NCBI RefSeq assembly: GCF_000819845.1
Contig: NZ_CDCG01000037.1
Span: 239,625 to 263,624, forward strand
Length of the DNA stretch: 24,000 nucleotides
From: Aeromonas enteropelogenes
GTDB taxonomy: Bacteria > Pseudomonadota > Gammaproteobacteria > Enterobacterales > Aeromonadaceae
Direction: 5' to 3'
Both the position numbers and the translations under genes were made by a program. Below the pieces are notes generated by a model that ran no database searches, was not told the origin of the DNA, and saw only the letters and a list, made by a program, of their open reading frames with translations. Within the stretch, counting starts at the first letter, position 1. Each line of letters starts with the position of its first letter. Below, piece after piece: positions 8,667 through 15,814 of this stretch.

Positions 8667-8909
8667 ATGGAAACCTCCTTGTTCGAGCTTCTTATAAGCG
8701 TGCCAATCCTGACCCCGCAAGGTTCATGTTTTTATTTTGATAGAAATTCTCATTATCAAAGAGCTTAATTTGAGCACGTCAGGTGACGATAACTATAAAC
8801 CATCCCGCCTAATTGACTGATGCGCAGCAATATTGAGACAAGTCAGTCTTAGGCTGAGAAAAATAAATTCATTGATAAACAACACCTTGGTGGATGACAT
8901 AAAAATGCA

Positions 8910-8925
8910 GTCTCAAATTTGAGAC
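8910..8925. promoter_or_regulatory. perfect 16-bp palindrome, candidate upstream activator sequence for the adjacent bEBP
   Basis: GTCTCAAATTTGAGAC is centred about 62 nt upstream of the -24 element. The TTGAGAC half-site recurs at 8833-8839, where it is followed by an imperfect GTCTTA. Confidence 0.35.
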
Positions 8926-8978
8926 AAAACGGTGCAACCTGAAAACACAAAAATCATTTAAATCAATAGGTTAAATTT

Positions 8979-8994
8979 TGGCACCTCCATTGCT
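8979..8994 (+). promoter_or_regulatory. sigma-54 (RpoN) -24/-12 promoter of the five-gene operon
   Basis: TGGCAC-CTCCA-TTGCT matches the consensus TGGCAC-N5-TTGCW with exact GG/GC spacing. It lies about 40 nt upstream of the first ATG and is divergent from a bEBP gene. Confidence 0.75.
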
Positions 8995-9032
8995 ATATCT
9001 GTAAACCCCAAGTGACAAACAATAGAGATAGC

Positions 9033-9611
9033 ATGATGAAATATATTGTCTTGGCGATCCTTTCACTCCTCCAATTGATGAACTCATCACAAGCGGAGAA
9101 TCGTGTTGATTTGGGGTCGCAAGCGCTTGGCAATATTCGTGGCAACCTGGGCGTCAATATGGTTGCTGGCAATCACAACCAACAAGGCAACCTCGCATCT
9201 ATTTCCCTCTCGGGTCCGGCCGTAATTCAGTTCAGCCAACAGAATCAATCCAGCATCACCCCGGGCGGTCACCAGAGCGTCGCTATCCATGGCGCGGCAC
9301 TTGGCCAGACCCAGGGGCTTTTGAGCATCAACCAGGCAGCGGGTGAAGCCAACCAGCAACTCAATGGCTTCGCATTGTCACTGGGCGACGACGGGATAAG
9401 CGTCGTGACCGACGTGAATCTGGGCAACAGTATCGCCAGCCCCTCCCCGGGCCAGCTCTCCGCAAGCATGACAACCAGCATCTATCTGGATGACAACGCC
9501 CTGAGCGGCAGTAAAGGGGTCATTCAGGTGAACCAGGTCACGGGACAGGGCAACCAGGCCGTCAACATGGTTGCCCTGCCCCTGGCGGGCGCAGTAACGG
9601 CATCACCCTGA
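9033..9611 (+). CDS. secreted repeat protein, FapB-like (putative amyloid nucleator/minor subunit)
   Basis: Signal peptide MMKYIVLAILSLLQLMNSSQA. Three imperfect repeats: GNLGVNMVAGNHNQQGNLASISL, GLLSINQAAGEANQQLNGFALSL, GVIQVNQVTGQGNQAVNMVALPL (DNA about 9126-9584). The protein is N/Q/G/A-rich with no Cys. It is the short-linker version of the next gene. The ORF-track GTG at 9012 is not needed. Confidence 0.6.
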   Translation: MMKYIVLAILSLLQLMNSSQAENRVDLGSQALGNIRGNLGVNMVAGNHNQQGNLASISLSGPAVIQFSQQNQSSITPGGHQSVAIHGAALGQTQGLLSINQAAGEANQQLNGFALSLGDDGISVVTDVNLGNSIASPSPGQLSASMTTSIYLDDNALSGSKGVIQVNQVTGQGNQAVNMVALPLAGAVTASP

Positions 9612-9698
9612 TGCCGCAGGGACAGGAAGCGAAGTCCGGGGGCGCAGCACCTGCCGATGGGCGGATCTTCCCCAGAAAGTTCAATGGAGAGACTCAAT

Positions 9699-10796
9699 AT
9701 GCGTGGACTTATTTACAGCTCATTAGCCGCCGCTGTCATCATGGCGATGTCCGGCACCGCATCCGCCGAGTACCGCGGTGACAAGGATGAGACAGGGGCA
9801 ACCTTGACCAAGAAGGTCAAGGCTGAGGTCGATGTGAAGTACGAAGGCAAGGTGATGGTCGGCGGCTTTGTCAACGTCAACAAGCTCGGCATGGCCGTCG
9901 TGGACAACCAGCAATCCAGCACCATGATAGGCACAGCCCACAGCAGAACGGAGAACGCAAGCAAGATTGATGGCTCGTTCCAGGGGGCATCCGGCAACAT
10001 CGGCGCCAACGTGGCGGCCGGTGACTCCAACGTGCAGGGCAACAGCGTCTCCCTGGCCGCCTATGACCAGGTCGATGCCGAGTTTGTCATGGGCGGTGGC
10101 CACCCTCACGGCAGCACGGGTGGCTCTTCGGATGCCGAGATCTTCTCCAGCCAGAGCGCCAGCATGAACTGGGCCAGCAACCAGGGGCACCAGAACAGGG
10201 CGAGTGTCGGTGGTGGCGCCTTCAAGAATGCCGCAGGCAATATCAACGCCAACGTGGCCTCCGGCTCCGGCAACGTGCAGGCCAACAACCTGGCCGCCTC
10301 GGTATCCACCGGCGCCATGGCGGTGGCCACCGTGGCCAACAGCCAGCATGTGTCCAAGAACCTGACCGAGAACAAGAGCCTGAGCGCCACCAGGACGGTG
10401 GAGAACGCCCCGGTTCACCTCAAGCTCGATGCCAAGGGTAATTACGAGGGGACGAGCAAGCAGTCCAACAATGTCTATCCGGAGATCTGGCAGGATCGTG
10501 ATCACCCCAACGGCGGCAGCCTCTGGGGTCACATCGACTACGACAATCTGGACAACGACGGCAGCAAGGACTCCAAGTTCGAGTTCAAGGAAGAGGGTGA
10601 CATGACACTGCACGGCTCGGTGACCGGCTACATCCCTGTGGTCAACACCTACACCGCCCGTGAGACCTTCAACCATGCCACCATAGACGGCGGCTCCTTC
10701 AATGGCGCCGTGGGCAATATCGGGGTGAACGTCGCGTCTGGCACCAACAATCTGCAAGCGAACAACCTCTCGCTGGCAGCCGGATTTGCCAAGTGA
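9699..10796 (+). CDS. secreted repeat protein, FapC-like (putative major amyloid fibre subunit)
   Basis: ATG 9699 has GGAGAG 7 nt upstream. Signal peptide MRGLIYSSLAAAVIMAMSGTASA. Three repeats (see the repeat feature) are separated by long linkers, and the last repeat sits at the extreme C-terminus. No Cys. Confidence 0.65.
   Translation: MRGLIYSSLAAAVIMAMSGTASAEYRGDKDETGATLTKKVKAEVDVKYEGKVMVGGFVNVNKLGMAVVDNQQSSTMIGTAHSRTENASKIDGSFQGASGNIGANVAAGDSNVQGNSVSLAAYDQVDAEFVMGGGHPHGSTGGSSDAEIFSSQSASMNWASNQGHQNRASVGGGAFKNAAGNINANVASGSGNVQANNLAASVSTGAMAVATVANSQHVSKNLTENKSLSATRTVENAPVHLKLDAKGNYEGTSKQSNNVYPEIWQDRDHPNGGSLWGHIDYDNLDNDGSKDSKFEFKEEGDMTLHGSVTGYIPVVNTYTARETFNHATIDGGSFNGAVGNIGVNVASGTNNLQANNLSLAAGFAK
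9975..10781 (+). repeat. three dispersed imperfect 29-codon repeats inside the FapC-like gene
   Basis: R1 9975-10061 SFQGASGNIGANVAAGDSNVQGNSVSLAA. R2 10218-10304 AFKNAAGNINANVASGSGNVQANNLAASV. R3 10695-10781 SFNGAVGNIGVNVASGTNNLQANNLSLAA. Confidence 0.85.
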
Positions 10797-10805
10797 TCCA
10801 CCCTT

Positions 10806-10832
10806 GGGGGGCCTGTGTGCCCCCCATTTTTT
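10806..10832 (+). terminator. intra-operon hairpin + T-run directly after the FapC-like gene (candidate partial terminator/attenuator)
   Basis: GGGGGGC-CTGTGT-GCCCCCC forms a 7-bp G/C stem followed by ATTTTTT. It starts 10 nt after the stop codon and ends 19 nt before the next ATG. Confidence 0.5.
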
Positions 10833-10850
10833 GCCCACAAGGAGGTGTCA

Positions 10851-11528
10851 ATGCGCTGGCTATTGCCGTTGCTGTTCAGCCCCGTCGTCTGGTCGGCGAC
10901 CCTGCCGATGGGAGAGCATCTCCCGGCGCTGGGGGGGCTTGCCAAACCGGTACAGAGCATCCAGGAGCGCCGCTATGCCAATCTCGAGCGCCAGCATACC
11001 GACTTCAGCTGTGGCGCGGCGGCGGTGGCCACCATACTGCGCCATGCCTATGGCCAGGCGACCAATGAACGCTGGGTGATGGACGGCATGATGGCCATGG
11101 CCGATCCGGCGCAGGTCAAACGCTACGGCTTTTCCATGCTGGACATGAAGCAGTACGTGCAGATGCTGGGGATGCGTGCCCGGGGTTACCGCCTGAGCGA
11201 TACCAAGCTGCGCCAGGTAAGGGTGCCGACCATAGTGCTGCTCAACATTCGCGGCTATCAGCACTTCGCCGTGCTGCGCGCCATCGACCGCCGTGACCGC
11301 GTCTATCTGGCAGACCCTGCCCTTGGCAACCGCATCATCTCGTTCAGGGAGTTCAAGGAGAGCTGGAACGGGATCCTGCTGGCCGTGATCGGTGCTGGCT
11401 ATCGCCCGGACGCTCCCCTGGCCAACCCCTCCCCCCCGTTCTCGGCCAGAGGCAGGGATGGGCTGTTCGCCCCGGTCAATGAAACATCCCTGCTGGACTT
11501 CGGCTTCCAGCACAAAGAGCTAATGTGA
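10851..11528 (+). CDS. periplasmic C39-family cysteine peptidase, FapD-like
   Basis: AAGGAGG lies 6 nt upstream of ATG 10851. Signal peptide MRWLLPLLFSPVVWSA. The catalytic-Cys motif is HTDFSCGAAAVATIL, with His in RGYQHFAVLRAID and Asp in VYLADPALG. This is the typical C39 peptidase-domain layout without an ABC transporter. Confidence 0.8.
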   Translation: MRWLLPLLFSPVVWSATLPMGEHLPALGGLAKPVQSIQERRYANLERQHTDFSCGAAAVATILRHAYGQATNERWVMDGMMAMADPAQVKRYGFSMLDMKQYVQMLGMRARGYRLSDTKLRQVRVPTIVLLNIRGYQHFAVLRAIDRRDRVYLADPALGNRIISFREFKESWNGILLAVIGAGYRPDAPLANPSPPFSARGRDGLFAPVNETSLLDFGFQHKELM

Positions 11529-11535
11529 GGTCACC

Positions 11536-12195
11536 ATGAACATCCGACCCGCCCTCTACCTCGTCTGCAGCCTGGGGGTATTGCCCCTCCCGCTACTGGC
11601 GACATCCGATCCCCTGGCACAGCTGTCGGATCAGTTTGCCCCGGAGCTCTCCGATGGCGAGCTGGAAGGCTTGCGGGGGCGTTATGTCAGCGCTCACGGC
11701 ATCCACTATTTTGGCATCGAGTTCATCTCCACCCTGACCACGGCCCAATCCCGGCAGACGGCAGCCATGAATCTGGCTTTGAGCGTTGAGCAGCACACCC
11801 CCAGGCTGGAGATCCGCATCAAGGAGGGGGCCAGCGCGGTCGCCACGGCCCCGGCCAGCGCCCCTGTGCAGGGGGCCGGGCTGGTGCAGGTGATGCAGCT
11901 GGAAGGGCGCGGCAACCGCTCGGTGAACCTCACCGGCATCGGGACGACGCCCCCCGAGATGGCCGGGGAGCTTGTCTCCGCCGGCCATTATCAGCAGCAG
12001 AGCGTGCTCGGCACCGCCAGTTACAGCGTCTCGGGCAACTACGCGGGTCTGCAGTTCAATACCCCGGATGGCAGCGTCCGGCTGGAGCAGAGCCTGCGGG
12101 GCACGGACTTCAGTCGCGGCCTGCTGCAACTCAATCGGGTCAGGGGGGATGGTTTGCAGACCCTCAACCAGACGAGGATCTGGTTCTCCCGCTAG
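11536..12195 (+). CDS. secreted protein, FapE-like by position; contains two subunit-type repeat segments
   Basis: Signal peptide MNIRPALYLVCSLGVLPLPLLA. GLVQVMQLEGRGNRSVNLTGI and the C-terminal GLLQLNRVRGDGLQTLNQT resemble the G-h-x-Q-V-N-Q-x-x-G-x-G-N-x-x-x-N repeats of the first gene. Its start is 8 nt after the preceding stop. Confidence 0.5.
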   Translation: MNIRPALYLVCSLGVLPLPLLATSDPLAQLSDQFAPELSDGELEGLRGRYVSAHGIHYFGIEFISTLTTAQSRQTAAMNLALSVEQHTPRLEIRIKEGASAVATAPASAPVQGAGLVQVMQLEGRGNRSVNLTGIGTTPPEMAGELVSAGHYQQQSVLGTASYSVSGNYAGLQFNTPDGSVRLEQSLRGTDFSRGLLQLNRVRGDGLQTLNQTRIWFSR

Positions 12196-12254
12196 CCTCT
12201 GCTCCCCTGACGGCACGAAAAAAGGACGATAAACGACAACAAGGATCCGCTCCC

Positions 12255-13451
12255 ATGAAACAGTCCCCCCTGCTGTTGATGATGTTGACCCCGCTGACTT
12301 GCTGGGGTGCCACCGCAGAAGAAGAGGCGTTGCAACAACAGCTGGATCAGTTGCGCCAGCAGCTGATCCAGCAAAACCAGGCGCTCCACCAGCTGCAGGC
12401 CAGACTGGAAGCCGTCAAGAGCAGCGGAGTAACCGCGACGGGCACCGGCACGGCTGCCGTGACACCGGCCAAGGCACCGCAGGAGCCGGACCGTCGCAGC
12501 CCGGAGCCCGGTCGCAGCACCGAAGATCTGCTGCTGGAGCAGCACAACGTCTTCGATCGCGCCCTGACCTTCGACCTCGGCCTCTCCTACCAGCACTACA
12601 ACCGCAAGGATCTCGCCCTGCGCGGCTTTCTCGCGCTGGATGCCATCTTTCTTGGCGAGATCAATCTGGACAGGGTGCGATCCGATCAGATCAGTGCCGA
12701 TCTGGTGACCCGCTACACCCTCAACGATCGCTGGCAGCTGGAGCTCGCCATTCCCTACCTGTTTCGCAGCAGCAACTACCAGAGCACCGGCAAGGATAAC
12801 TCCAGCCGCAGTTTCGAGGAGCAGAGCGTCAGCGACGGGGGCCTCGGCGATCTCAGCCTCGCCGTCTACTACCGGGTCATGGCCGAAGACGAGGAGTGGC
12901 CGGATCTGGTGTGGAATGTCAGGGTCAAGGCACCGACCGGCAAGGACCCCTATGGCATCGAGCTCGACACCTCGGCATCGGGCAACCTGATGACCCCGAA
13001 GGAGCTCGCCACCGGCAACGGGCTCTGGCAGCTGTCGACCGGTTTCTCGCTGGTCAGGACCCTGGATCCCGCCATCCTGTTCGCCAACATCAACTATGGC
13101 CACAGCCTCAAGGAGGATTTTGACGACATCTCCTATCAACCGGGGCAGCAACCGGGCAGCGTCCAACTGGGTGACTGGTTTGAATACGGGCTCGGGGTCG
13201 CATTCGCCCTAAACGAGCGTTTCAGCCTCTCCTTCAACATCAACCAGCGCATCACCCGCGAGTCCGAGCAGGGGGCGGAAGGGTTCGGGATGGAGAAGGT
13301 CATCGGCTCGGATGCCAACGCGGCGAGTTTTGGCATGGGTTCGACATGGGCCATCACCGACCGGCTCTCCATGGTGGTCAACTGGTCGGCAGGGCTCACC
13401 ACGGATGCTCCCGACTACAGTATCGGGATCCGTTTTCCTTACCGCTTCTAG
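12255..13451 (+). CDS. outer-membrane beta-barrel protein with N-terminal coiled coil, FapF-like (putative amyloid secretion channel)
   Basis: Signal peptide MKQSPLLLMMLTPLTCWGA. A Q/L heptad-like segment EEEALQQQLDQLRQQLIQQNQALHQLQARLEAVK is followed by a T/P/A-rich linker. After that comes an alternating-hydrophobic strand pattern ending ...YSIGIRFPYRF, with a C-terminal Phe as in OM barrels. Confidence 0.7.
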   Translation: MKQSPLLLMMLTPLTCWGATAEEEALQQQLDQLRQQLIQQNQALHQLQARLEAVKSSGVTATGTGTAAVTPAKAPQEPDRRSPEPGRSTEDLLLEQHNVFDRALTFDLGLSYQHYNRKDLALRGFLALDAIFLGEINLDRVRSDQISADLVTRYTLNDRWQLELAIPYLFRSSNYQSTGKDNSSRSFEEQSVSDGGLGDLSLAVYYRVMAEDEEWPDLVWNVRVKAPTGKDPYGIELDTSASGNLMTPKELATGNGLWQLSTGFSLVRTLDPAILFANINYGHSLKEDFDDISYQPGQQPGSVQLGDWFEYGLGVAFALNERFSLSFNINQRITRESEQGAEGFGMEKVIGSDANAASFGMGSTWAITDRLSMVVNWSAGLTTDAPDYSIGIRFPYRF

Positions 13452-13494
13452 TCAGACCGAGTGTGAGAGGCTGGTTTTATGGGGAACAAACAAT

Positions 13495-13517
13495 GAGGGA
13501 GGCATGATGCCTCCCTC
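13495..13517. terminator. hairpin between the convergent FapF-like gene and puuB
   Basis: GAGGGAGGC-ATGAT-GCCTCCCTC forms a perfect 9-bp stem. The minus-strand tail (CATTGTTTGTT) is moderately T-rich and the plus-strand tail is not. Confidence 0.5.
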
Positions 13518-13574
13518 GGGTGATTCCGGGCTGACGATAGAGCCTTGCCCTTGCATCGCCTCCCGCTGGGCCGC

Positions 13575-14852
13575 TTACACTCCCAGGCGATCGCGCAGGG
13601 TGTACCAGGCAGCGCCGGCGGCGGTGAAGGGAATGCGGAACATGCGGCCCCCCGGGAAGGGGTAGTGGGGCAGTTTGGCAAACGCATCGAAGCGCTCCGC
13701 CTGACCGCTCAACACCTCGGAGAGCAGCTTGCCCGCCAGATGGGTACAGGTGACGCCGTGGCCGCTGTAGCCCTGCATGTAGTAGATGTTGGGGCCGATA
13801 CGACCAAACTGCGGCAGGCGCGACAGGGTCAGCAGGAAGTTGCCGGTCCAGGTGTACTCCACCTTGACGTCGGCAAGCTGGGGGAAGGTTTTGCGCATCT
13901 TGGGGATGATCAGCCGCTCGATATCCGCCGGATCCCGCGCCCCGTAAACCACACCGCCGCCATAGATGAGCCGGTGATCGGCGCTGGTGCGGTAGTAGTC
14001 GAGCAGGTAGTTGCAGTCTTCCACGCAGTAGTTTTGCGGCAGCAGTGAACGGGCCCGCTCCTCCCCCAGCACTTCGGTGGTGATCACTTGGGTGCCACAG
14101 GGCATGCTCTTGCCGGCGAGCTCGGGCACCAGGTTGCCGAGATAGGCGTTGCCGGCCACCATCACGAAACGCGCCTTGACCGCCCCCTTGGCGGTCTTCA
14201 CCAGCGCAGGCTGGCCCGGCGTGATGCTGGTGACGGCGGATTGTTCGAAAATAAGCCCCCCCTGCATGCGGATCGCCTCCGCCTCCCCCAGCGCCAGGTT
14301 GAGGGGGTGGATATGGCCGCCGCTCTTGTCGAGCAGGGCGCCGACGTAGCGATCGCTCGCCACCACTTCACGCACCCCCTTGGCATCGAGCAGCTCCAGC
14401 TTGTCATTGCCCCACTTCTGCCAGCGGGCCTGCTGGGCCTTGAGTTCGTGCAGCTGCTTCTCGGTCTCGGCGGCGAACACTCCCCCTTCCTGCAGATCGC
14501 ACTGGATGTTGTAGCGCTTGATGCGATCGCGGATGATCTGGCCCCCTTCAAACAACATGGAACCGAGCAGCCTGGCCTGATCCGGCGGGCAGTTCGCTTC
14601 TATGGTGTCGATGTCACGGCTGTAGGAGTTGACGATCTGGCCGCCGTTGCGACCGCTGGCGCCAAAGCCGACCCGGGCCGCCTCCAGCACCACCACCTTG
14701 TATCCCTTCTCCACCAGGTGGAGCGCACTGGAGAGGCCGGTATAACCCGCCCCGATGACGCAGACATCGCACTCCAGTTGCTCGGTCAGAGTGGCAAAAG
14801 GCGCATGTTGATTGGCGCTGGCTGCGTAGTAACTGTTTACATGCTCGGTCAT
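13575..14852 (-). CDS. puuB: gamma-glutamylputrescine oxidoreductase (FAD-dependent)
   Basis: The 425-aa product from ATG 14852 (MTEHVNSYYAASANQHAPF...CDVCVIGAGYTGLSSALHL...GASGRNGGQ...MPCGTQVITTE...YYMQGYSGHGVTCTHLAG...LRDRLGV) is collinear end to end with E. coli PuuB as I recall it. The ORF-track start at 14942 would overlap puuR and is rejected. Confidence 0.9.
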   Translation of the reverse strand: MTEHVNSYYAASANQHAPFATLTEQLECDVCVIGAGYTGLSSALHLVEKGYKVVVLEAARVGFGASGRNGGQIVNSYSRDIDTIEANCPPDQARLLGSMLFEGGQIIRDRIKRYNIQCDLQEGGVFAAETEKQLHELKAQQARWQKWGNDKLELLDAKGVREVVASDRYVGALLDKSGGHIHPLNLALGEAEAIRMQGGLIFEQSAVTSITPGQPALVKTAKGAVKARFVMVAGNAYLGNLVPELAGKSMPCGTQVITTEVLGEERARSLLPQNYCVEDCNYLLDYYRTSADHRLIYGGGVVYGARDPADIERLIIPKMRKTFPQLADVKVEYTWTGNFLLTLSRLPQFGRIGPNIYYMQGYSGHGVTCTHLAGKLLSEVLSGQAERFDAFAKLPHYPFPGGRMFRIPFTAAGAAWYTLRDRLGV

Positions 14853-14902
14853 GATCCCTGTTTCCTTACCGGTTCTTTTCCCTAGCGAGGCATCGCCTGT
14901 CA

Positions 14903-15460
14903 CTAGAAATTTGCCGGGGTATGCGCGCTGACGATGCGGCATGTCTGCCCCGACGGATTGCTGAAGCTGTGGGGCTCGCCCGTGTCGATCACATAGCTGT
15001 CGCCCGCTTCCAGCTGATAACTCTGTCCTGCCACCGTCAGGGTCACCGACCCCTCCAGCACCGTGCCGACCTCCTCCCCCTGGTGCTTGACCTGGCCACC
15101 GGTGTCGGTGCCGGGGGGATAGGTCTCCAGCATGAAGCCGAGCTGGCGGCGGTTGTTGCCGTTGTGCACCAGCTTCATGGAGACCCCCTGGCTGCCCAGC
15201 TCGATCAGCTGCTCGGCCTTGATCACCACGCCCGGCACGCTCTGCTCCTCTTCGGCGAAAAAGCGCGACAGTGGCAGGCCGTAGACGGTGAGCAGCTTTT
15301 GCAGGGAGGCCACCGACGGGCTCACCTTGTCCTGCTCTATCATGCAGATGGCGCCGTGGGTCAGGCCGCTCAGCTCGGCGGCTCGCCGCTGGGAGAGCCC
15401 CAGCTGATGGCGCACCGCCGCCAGCCGCTCCCCCATGCTCTGGTATGGCAACCCGCTCAT
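14903..15460 (-). CDS. puuR: HTH (XRE) + cupin transcriptional repressor PuuR
   Basis: 185 aa, the same length as E. coli PuuR. Matching segments are GLSQRRAAELSGLTHGAICMIEQDKVSPSVASLQKLLTVYGL, GSQGVSMKLVHNGN, KHQGEEVGTVLEG, PHSFSN and RIVSAHTP. Confidence 0.9.
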   Translation of the reverse strand: MSGLPYQSMGERLAAVRHQLGLSQRRAAELSGLTHGAICMIEQDKVSPSVASLQKLLTVYGLPLSRFFAEEEQSVPGVVIKAEQLIELGSQGVSMKLVHNGNNRRQLGFMLETYPPGTDTGGQVKHQGEEVGTVLEGSVTLTVAGQSYQLEAGDSYVIDTGEPHSFSNPSGQTCRIVSAHTPANF

Positions 15461-15584
15461 GGCAGTCCCCGGGTATCTTCGCTCTTGCCTCTTTGGTACA
15501 TGATCAACCTCCCTGTCGCCGCTGGTTAAAATAGCGGACCAATCATCCCCCCGGCTGTTTGCTATGTTACACAGCGCGAGCGTT

Positions 15585-15597
15585 CATTATTTTGCAC
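15585..15597 (-). promoter_or_regulatory. GTGCAAAATAATG box upstream of puuR (candidate shared operator of the puu cluster)
   Basis: On the minus strand this reads GTGCAAAATAATGAAC, about 125 nt upstream of the puuR ATG. The same 13-mer pattern, GTGCAAAWWAATG, occurs upstream of both puuP copies (18804, 20921). Confidence 0.4.
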
Positions 15598-15814
15598 ACC
15601 CTTGATACCATCCTGTGGCACCATATGGGATATACCGTGCGTCACAGCCCATTTTCTAGCATGCCAAACACCAACAATTCAAATATATTTAACACTTGAA
15701 AAACATTTCGGCTCACTTTATGTTCTCCCTGTGCTTATTATTTTATACGGCAGCACCACAGGGAGGGTCGGGTAACCGGCCCCCTGCTGCCCGGATCCAC
15801 ACTCGAGGCTTCCC

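Noticed and set aside
9723-10838. 371-aa ORF on the minus strand covering the whole FapC-like gene
   Set aside because: It is an antisense shadow ORF of a GC-rich, Gly/Ala/Asn-codon-rich gene. The product is low-complexity (G/V/A/H/D runs). It has no ribosome-binding site and no signal or domain features. The plus-strand gene has a ribosome-binding site, a signal peptide and operon context.
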